IMG/VR virus record: IMGVR_UViG_3300020473_000002
Span: 1 to 51,063 of that record
DNA length: 51,063 nucleotides
Origin: a virus
Taxonomy: Duplodnaviria > Caudoviricetes
Direction: 5' to 3' (one strand)
The position numbers and the translations under genes were made by a program. Positions 28,164 through 33,848 of the stretch are shown here, one piece after another. The number at the start of each line of letters is the position of its first letter. Positions within the stretch are counted from its first letter, which is position 1. The notes beneath the pieces were generated by a model. That model was not told the origin of the DNA and searched no databases. It saw only the letters and a list, made by a program, of their open reading frames with translations.

Positions 28164-28192
28164 AAAAACCCCGCACTTAAGCGGGGTTTTTT
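28164..28192. terminator. Bidirectional terminator
   Basis: AAAAACCCCGC-acttaa-GCGGGGTTTTT between convergent genes. Confidence 0.85.
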
Positions 28193-28198
28193 ATTGTC

Positions 28199-29020
28199 TT
28201 AAATATGTTTGCTTGGCTCTGTTAGCGCGTTTATTTGTTTAAACATCATATTGTATTGCTGTAATAAACCCAATAGGCCGTCTAGGTCTTTAGCGGCGGT
28301 ACGTACATTATTAACCAGTACCGGTTTATTTTGCGCCTCGGCTTGCATAAGCTGGTTAAGCAGTGCGGCCATTGGGGTTGGCAATAGCGTATCGCCATAA
28401 TTAAATGCACTTACTTGGTTTGCTTTTATAACGCTTGATTTTGGCAAATCAATTGTTAGCGCGTCGTATTGCGGGGCAGCTAACTTAAATTGATCAACAA
28501 TCGCTAACGCCTGGTTAAATAGGTGGGCGGGTATTTGCTCGTATTTGTTTACGTTAAAGTGGCTTTTTAATTTATTGTATAGCGTGTTGTATAAACTTTG
28601 GTGCAGTTCGCGCGGCTGGCTGTGTACCAATGTACTAATTTTGGTTTGTATTTGGCGTTGTTGGGCGTGGGTTAATGTACCGTATTGTAATTCGCTTAGC
28701 TTATCGGCCATGGCATTAAAAGCGTTTATGTAGGCCTCTTTTATTTGCGCGGCTTTCTTACCAGTAAAGCCCATAACCAAAAACATAAAGCCGTCTTTTG
28801 TAATGTGCCAAACCGTGTATATTTCGCCGTTTTGTTCGTTCTTGTGGGGGTGTGCCGAAAAGTTGGCAGACCTAAATGCCTTGCTGCACTCTAAGTTTTT
28901 TATTTTTTCGATAACATGTGAGTGGCGTTTTTGAAATGCCTCAGAGATTTTTAAAGACGTAGTTACAAGCTTTGTATCAGTTGCAGTGATCGCGTGATTT
29001 GGGATTAGTTGAATAGACAT
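28199..29020 (-). CDS. Rha-family antirepressor/regulator
   Basis: TTSLKISEAFQKRHSHV..ITKDGFMFLVMGFTGKKAAQIKEAYINAFNAM. Confidence 0.92.
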   Translation of the reverse strand: MSIQLIPNHAITATDTKLVTTSLKISEAFQKRHSHVIEKIKNLECSKAFRSANFSAHPHKNEQNGEIYTVWHITKDGFMFLVMGFTGKKAAQIKEAYINAFNAMADKLSELQYGTLTHAQQRQIQTKISTLVHSQPRELHQSLYNTLYNKLKSHFNVNKYEQIPAHLFNQALAIVDQFKLAAPQYDALTIDLPKSSVIKANQVSAFNYGDTLLPTPMAALLNQLMQAEAQNKPVLVNNVRTAAKDLDGLLGLLQQYNMMFKQINALTEPSKHI

Positions 29021-29073
29021 ACTTTTACCTTTTTCTTAAATGTTTTTAAGCCACGCAAAAGTACTAAATTTTG

Positions 29074-29154
29074 GGTGGCAAGCTAAAGCGAGGTTAGTAC
29101 AACCGCGATAAAGGTAAAACGGCCCACCGAAGTGGCCCCGCCCAGCTTGCCATA
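29074..29154 (-). ncRNA. C4/CI-type antisense RNA
   Basis: Closing stem TGGCAAGCT/AGCTTGCCA, TTCG-capped hairpin, single-stranded ACCTTTATC and GTACTAA complementary to upstream and downstream sites. Confidence 0.82.
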
Positions 29155-29269
29155 ATATATGGAAGTGCTAAACAGCAGGCATTAAAAAACCAGCGAATAA
29201 GCTGGTGACAATGCCACCTTTATCATGCGGGGTACTAATCCCGACACTGGATTTTGCCAGTGCCTTTTT

Positions 29270-29299
29270 AATATATCGCTGAAAAAGGGCGCTTGTCAA
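29270..29299 (-). promoter_or_regulatory. Promoter of the C4-antirepressor operon
   Basis: TTGACA-18bp-TATATT. Confidence 0.65.
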
Positions 29300-29306
29300 T
29301 TTTGTT

Positions 29307-29576
29307 TTATTGCTCCTTATAAAAATCATCTATGGCTTGTTTGTAACTGGCGGCCAGTTCTTGCGCGGCGGTGTCGTCGCTTTCGCTGATTGACTCGAAC
29401 GCAGCAGATAAATTTAGCAGCACGTAGGTTTCATTTAAGTTTGAGATATTAAATGCGGCTATAGGATCGGCCACGTTGTTAGGAACGCCCAACGCAACTA
29501 AGGCAGAGCGCGCCGCATCGCCAAGTTTATTGTGCGCTGTTATTTGCTGGGTAAGTGTATTAACTAAAAAGTACAT
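29307..29576 (-). CDS. Hypothetical protein
   Basis: GAGG SD, 89 aa. Confidence 0.65.
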   Translation of the reverse strand: MYFLVNTLTQQITAHNKLGDAARSALVALGVPNNVADPIAAFNISNLNETYVLLNLSAAFESISESDDTAAQELAASYKQAIDDFYKEQ

Positions 29577-29614
29577 AAAAGCCTCGCGCGGGGGCCGTGG
29601 CCCCCAGTGGTTAA

Positions 29615-29893
29615 TTATTTAATTTCTTCGGTGTGCTCAATGTTAAACACATATAAGGCTTTTAATACCTTTTTGGTATCTTCAACACCTGATTTAGTTG
29701 TGATTTTTTTATCGCACACCATAAATATTTTACAGCCTTTTGCGCCTTTAGACACCTTGCGGCCTGCTTCATTCCATTGTTTAAAGCCTGCCCATGCATC
29801 GCTTTTAAGGTTGTAAGCCTCTTTGTGCTGTTCAAGGTTGGTTTGATTGTTAACTGAGTAAACCGATTGAGTGATTTTATTGAAGTTTTGCAT
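29615..29893 (-). CDS. ArdC-like ssDNA-binding domain protein
   Basis: YSVNNQ..WAGFKQWNEAGRKVSKGAKG..VFNIEHT. Confidence 0.78.
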   Translation of the reverse strand: MQNFNKITQSVYSVNNQTNLEQHKEAYNLKSDAWAGFKQWNEAGRKVSKGAKGCKIFMVCDKKITTKSGVEDTKKVLKALYVFNIEHTEEIK

Positions 29894-29940
29894 TTTTACA
29901 CCTTACTGTATGGTTTGAGCCATTCCCAAACCGCAAAGCC

Positions 29941-29982
29941 AGTATAGGTTTTTATTTTTACCGTGTAAACACAAATCGTGTT
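29941..29982 (-). promoter_or_regulatory. Promoter with overlapping operator
   Basis: TTTACA-17-TATACT; AACACAAATCGTGTT at 29968-29982. Confidence 0.75.
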
Positions 29983-30097
29983 ATTTTAGTAAAATAATAT
30001 ATAAAAAGTATATGTATTTTATATTCTTTATATATTTAACTGCCTTTTATTAAGCGGCTAGCCAGGTGCTTAAGTATGTATCCAATAGTTATGCCCG

Positions 30098-30301
30098 TTA
30101 TTCACAAGGTATTTATAAGTATTTATATATTTATTATTTTATATTTATAGGCCGCGTACAGCCCTTACAGGCCGTGGGCTGTAGCGCCTTGCTATGGCTT
30201 TTAGGCTAACTCATTATGGCTTTTAGGCTAACTCACTATGGCTTTTAGGCTAACTCACTATGGCTTTTAGACTAACTCACTATGGCTTTTAGGCTAACTC
30301 A
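30098..30301. other. Iteron replication origin
   Basis: DnaA box TTATTCACA (30098-30106), AT-rich tract, then iterons. Confidence 0.88.
30192..30301 (+). repeat. Five tandem 22-bp iterons CTATGGCTTTTAGRCTAACTCA
   Basis: Units start at 30192, 30214, 30236, 30258 and 30280. Confidence 0.97.
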
Positions 30302-30362
30302 TTTTAACTTTACTCACAGGGGGTTTATTTGTATTGTGGCTAAAAATAAAAAGGCCATAGCA

Positions 30363-31073
30363 ATGACTGAGATTAAAACAAAAAAAGATAATAACCAGCT
30401 AATAGTTCAATCAAACGAAGTAACCGAGGCCGCCTATCACCTGTCAATTAAAGCAAAGCGTGTTTTATGGCTTTGTTTGGCGCAGGCTTACCAAAGCGAT
30501 AGCGCCAAAGAGGGTACGTTTTTTATTAGCGTACACGATTATCAGCATTATTTTGAAGTGGGCAAGGTTACGGCATCAAAAGACGTTAAATTAGGCGTAG
30601 ACGAGCTGCTGCGCAACTATGTTACCTTTTACCCAACATCGGGCGATTATGAGGAAATATCGCGCCCATGGCTCTTAGAGCAAGCGCGAAAAGTTGAGCG
30701 GGGCATATTTAAGTTAGAATTTAACCCCCGTTTAGTGCCTTATGTAACGGGCCTGTCTGAAAAGTTTACGCAATTTTATTTGCAGCACTGCGGCAAATTA
30801 AATAACTCGCGCACAATTAGACTTTACGAAAGCTTATGCCAGTGGCGCAATACAGGCGTTTGGCGTGTTGATGTGGCTTGGCTTATAGAACGTTATGATC
30901 TACCAGCAACGCAGGCGGCCAATTATGCAGAGCTTAAGCGTAAGTTTTTAATTCCCGCCGTAGCGCGTATTAATGATAAAACCCCGATAAATGTAACGTT
31001 TAAAGAGATTACAGGGGTGGGCAATAAAGTAACCGCCATATTGTTTAACATGACAGATAGCGCAGCAAGTTAA
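30363..31073 (+). CDS. Replication initiator, Rep_3/RepE-like
   Basis: IVQSNEVTEAAYHLS..KRVLW, IRLYESLCQWR and ELKRKFLIPAVARIN motifs; adjacent iterons. Confidence 0.93.
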   Translation: MTEIKTKKDNNQLIVQSNEVTEAAYHLSIKAKRVLWLCLAQAYQSDSAKEGTFFISVHDYQHYFEVGKVTASKDVKLGVDELLRNYVTFYPTSGDYEEISRPWLLEQARKVERGIFKLEFNPRLVPYVTGLSEKFTQFYLQHCGKLNNSRTIRLYESLCQWRNTGVWRVDVAWLIERYDLPATQAANYAELKRKFLIPAVARINDKTPINVTFKEITGVGNKVTAILFNMTDSAAS

Positions 31074-31077
31074 CGTA

Positions 31078-31443
31078 CTATGGCTTTTAGACTAACTCAA
31101 TGTGCTTTCCCGTTTACACTACACCCAATAAAACACCCTACTATGGCTTTTAGACTAACTTAAGGCATAACTTAATATAGGCCCATAGCTTAACCGGCTA
31201 AACGTTTACGGCCCGCTGATATATTCGTAATCGGTGGGCGTAAACGGGAAGGTTCCCGCGCGCACTACACCCAACAAAAAACCTTACTATGGCTTTTAGA
31301 CTAACTTAAGGTAATTCCCATAGCTTAACCGGCTAATCTTTTAGGGCCGCTGATTTATTCGTAATTGGTGGGCGTAAACGGGAAGGTTCCCGTTCACACT
31401 ACACCCAATAAAACCCCGCACTATGGCTTTTAGACTAACTTAA
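31078..31443 (+). repeat. Four downstream iterons within about 135-145-bp direct repeats (incC-like)
   Basis: Iterons at 31078, 31141, 31287 and 31421. Confidence 0.9.
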
Positions 31444-32083
31444 TTAGTTTATTTTAGTTGTGACCCGTCACGCTTTTATTAAGTATCGGACTTAGGCGCG
31501 CACTGGGCGTTGTTTAGCAGAGGGGTTAAGTGTTATGCACTCAATGCGCTTGCGCATGATAAACCCAACCCATGTAATTGATGGCCACATTGTTAACGGG
31601 CGTATAATGCTTATTAAGGCACGGAATTTGATTGCCCCCTTGATAAACCAAAAAATGCCACCGTGTTTACGGCTTTGATAATGCGTATTTGCAATACAGC
31701 GTTAAAGCTGGGCAACAAAGCCCCCGTAACGCAGTTACGAAGTGGGGCGCAGCATTAAACCTAATACCGCCATGGGCGTAGCCCGTCGAGGCGGATTGCC
31801 TTATACACAGCTTGCTGTGCGTATAAGTTATTTAGCTGTTATTAAAGGTAAGATAATTTTGCACTTTAAAGTGAGCAAATAGCACATGTAACTAAATTAG
31901 CCTTGCACTTTATATGTATAAGTAAGGTATGGGCCTTTAAATTGACATAAAGTGGCACCTAAATTGGGGGTGTTTAATACGTGTAGCGGGGTTGTCTTAG
32001 CAAAATGGGCGAGGGTGGGGCTAAAATTAAACGTAAGCCACGCAAAAAGCCACGCTTAGGCGTGGTTGTAAATAAAGGGGTGG

Positions 32084-32989
32084 TTAGTGTGGTGGGGCGC
32101 TTGGCTCGTACTGCGCAATGGCGCGTAACTGGGCTAGCTCTTGATTTACTAAGCCTTTAAATACTTCAAGGCTCATTAAGCTGGCGGCGGCACCTAAGCG
32201 GCTTAATACACGCTGCTGTGCAATGTGGCGTTGTTGCTCGGGGGTTTTGGGATTAATGGCGCGTTTAACTTTTGTTATAGCGCGTTTTTCTTTTATGCGA
32301 TCAAATACTTTGCGGTAATGCGCCAGGCGTTGACGTTCTTTAATTTCGGCCACGCTCATAACGCCCAATTGCTCGGGGGTTAAACCGCTGTTAATACCTT
32401 TCTTGCGTAAGTATTTTAAGCGCGCATCGCGTTGGCGGGCTACACGTTCGGGGGTAATGCCCAGCGCTTTAAAAAACAGCTCGGTTACTTCAAAGTATTT
32501 ATCAACCCACTGGCCCGCGTGTTTATCCCATACTTGCCATTCTTTATGGGCCACGATCCACCCGAGATCGACCATATCTTTAAACGCACGGCTCGCGCGG
32601 CTAATACTCGGTTTAGGGGCGTAGCTTTTATCAAGCTTGGCTTTGTTTTGCTCTGTTTGGCTTATAGTGCTTAGCCCGCAAACATCGGCGGCATTACGCA
32701 GGCTTATTTGTACTTGGTGAGTAACTACGTTTACATGCTCACAAAATACCGTGGCTAAGGCGCGCATGGCTTTTTCGCGGTCGGGGTAATACACTTTTTT
32801 GCGGTTAGTGGTGGGGCGCATATAAACGGCGGCGTCTGATTTAACGATGTTTATTTTTTGCGACTTTTCGACCAGATCACGTACAAACGCTAAACGCTTG
32901 GTGTGGGTTTTGGGTACGGTATAGGCAGGGTTCGCGTTTTTAACGCGGTTGCAATGGGTTAATGATGTGTTGTTATTATCTGTTTGCAT
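32084..32989 (-). CDS. Replication initiator, IncFII RepA-like
   Basis: REKAMRAL..VQISLRNAADVCGLST..SISRASRAF..LGWI..LFFKALGI pattern. Confidence 0.8.
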   Translation of the reverse strand: MQTDNNNTSLTHCNRVKNANPAYTVPKTHTKRLAFVRDLVEKSQKINIVKSDAAVYMRPTTNRKKVYYPDREKAMRALATVFCEHVNVVTHQVQISLRNAADVCGLSTISQTEQNKAKLDKSYAPKPSISRASRAFKDMVDLGWIVAHKEWQVWDKHAGQWVDKYFEVTELFFKALGITPERVARQRDARLKYLRKKGINSGLTPEQLGVMSVAEIKERQRLAHYRKVFDRIKEKRAITKVKRAINPKTPEQQRHIAQQRVLSRLGAAASLMSLEVFKGLVNQELAQLRAIAQYEPSAPPH

Positions 32990-33066
32990 TTATGTCTACT
33001 TGTGTTTAATACGCTTTGGGCATAAAATAAAAGCTCGTTTGAGCTATTACTTGTGTGCTTAAGCGC

Positions 33067-33096
33067 AAAACGGGCGCGCTGCAAGCGCCCGTTTTA
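33067..33096. promoter_or_regulatory. Hairpin in the leader of the IncFII-like rep
   Basis: AAAACGGGCGC-gctgcaa-GCGCCCGTTTT. Confidence 0.6.
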
Positions 33097-33221
33097 CCTT
33101 TCCTTCCAGCAATGCTTATACAAACACGCCGATTAATCATTAAATCTAATATAACACGTTTTGTGTTATGCTCAAGTTAAAGATCACGGCTGCTGTTTGA
33201 GTGCTGCTTTTTTAACCTTGG

Positions 33222-33848
33222 TTATTCCGTCCAAAACTCTGCTTGTTTAGCCCCAGCCAAACGCAGTGCTAAGGCTAATTGCTCCTTGGTTACGGTGGCC
33301 TTTTCGTTATTAGCCAACACCCACTGTATGGTTTCACCGTCTTGCATTGAAAACGAGGCGCGCCCCATTCGGCTTTGGCTCGCTTCATCACCATCAAATA
33401 CCATGCCGTCTACTTCTACGGTTAAGGTGTCTAATAGCTTTTGACGATTTAATTTAAAAATGGTGCGCGCGTAAGGGGCGAGTACGTCCTCAACGGTTTT
33501 TACGGTCGGTTGTTCTGGCTCTGTTGGTAATGGCTTAGGTTCCGCCTCAATCAATGTGCCATCTTCGTGGGCCACGGGTTCAGGTAGGTTTGCGTTGTAT
33601 TGCTCTGCTTCATACTTAGCCACCAAGTAATCGTAATAGCTTTGCGCCCAATCCCACTGTTCGCCTAAGCTCGTTAACTCAGCAAATTTATTAATCACTT
33701 CTACCGGTTTATTGAGCGCAATTAAGCGCTCAATATCCTGTGTTGTTTTAGTTGCTGGGCGTGGTCTTAGCTGTGGCAGACCTTGCTCGTTTAAAACTGG
33801 CTCGTTGTTTTCGTCAAGGACTATAAAGTTTAAAAAATTACTGTTCAT
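33222..33848 (-). CDS. Tail fibre-associated protein (DUF4376-like C-terminus)
   Basis: VEVDGMVFDGDEASQSRM..IQWVLANN; downstream of the fibre gene. Confidence 0.75.
   Translation of the reverse strand: MNSNFLNFIVLDENNEPVLNEQGLPQLRPRPATKTTQDIERLIALNKPVEVINKFAELTSLGEQWDWAQSYYDYLVAKYEAEQYNANLPEPVAHEDGTLIEAEPKPLPTEPEQPTVKTVEDVLAPYARTIFKLNRQKLLDTLTVEVDGMVFDGDEASQSRMGRASFSMQDGETIQWVLANNEKATVTKEQLALALRLAGAKQAEFWTE

Noticed and set aside
29074-29154. tRNA gene
   Set aside because: Structured and tRNA-sized but lacks TTCGA T-loop and anticodon-arm geometry; fits a C4-type RNA with matching target sites
30282-30362. N-terminal extension of the Rep ORF
   Set aside because: The ATG lies within the last iteron; ATG 30363 is the more plausible start
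31078-31443. CRISPR-like array (repeat with intervening sequences)
   Set aside because: The repeat is the origin iteron, the intervening sequences are unequal in length and similar to each other, and no cas genes are present
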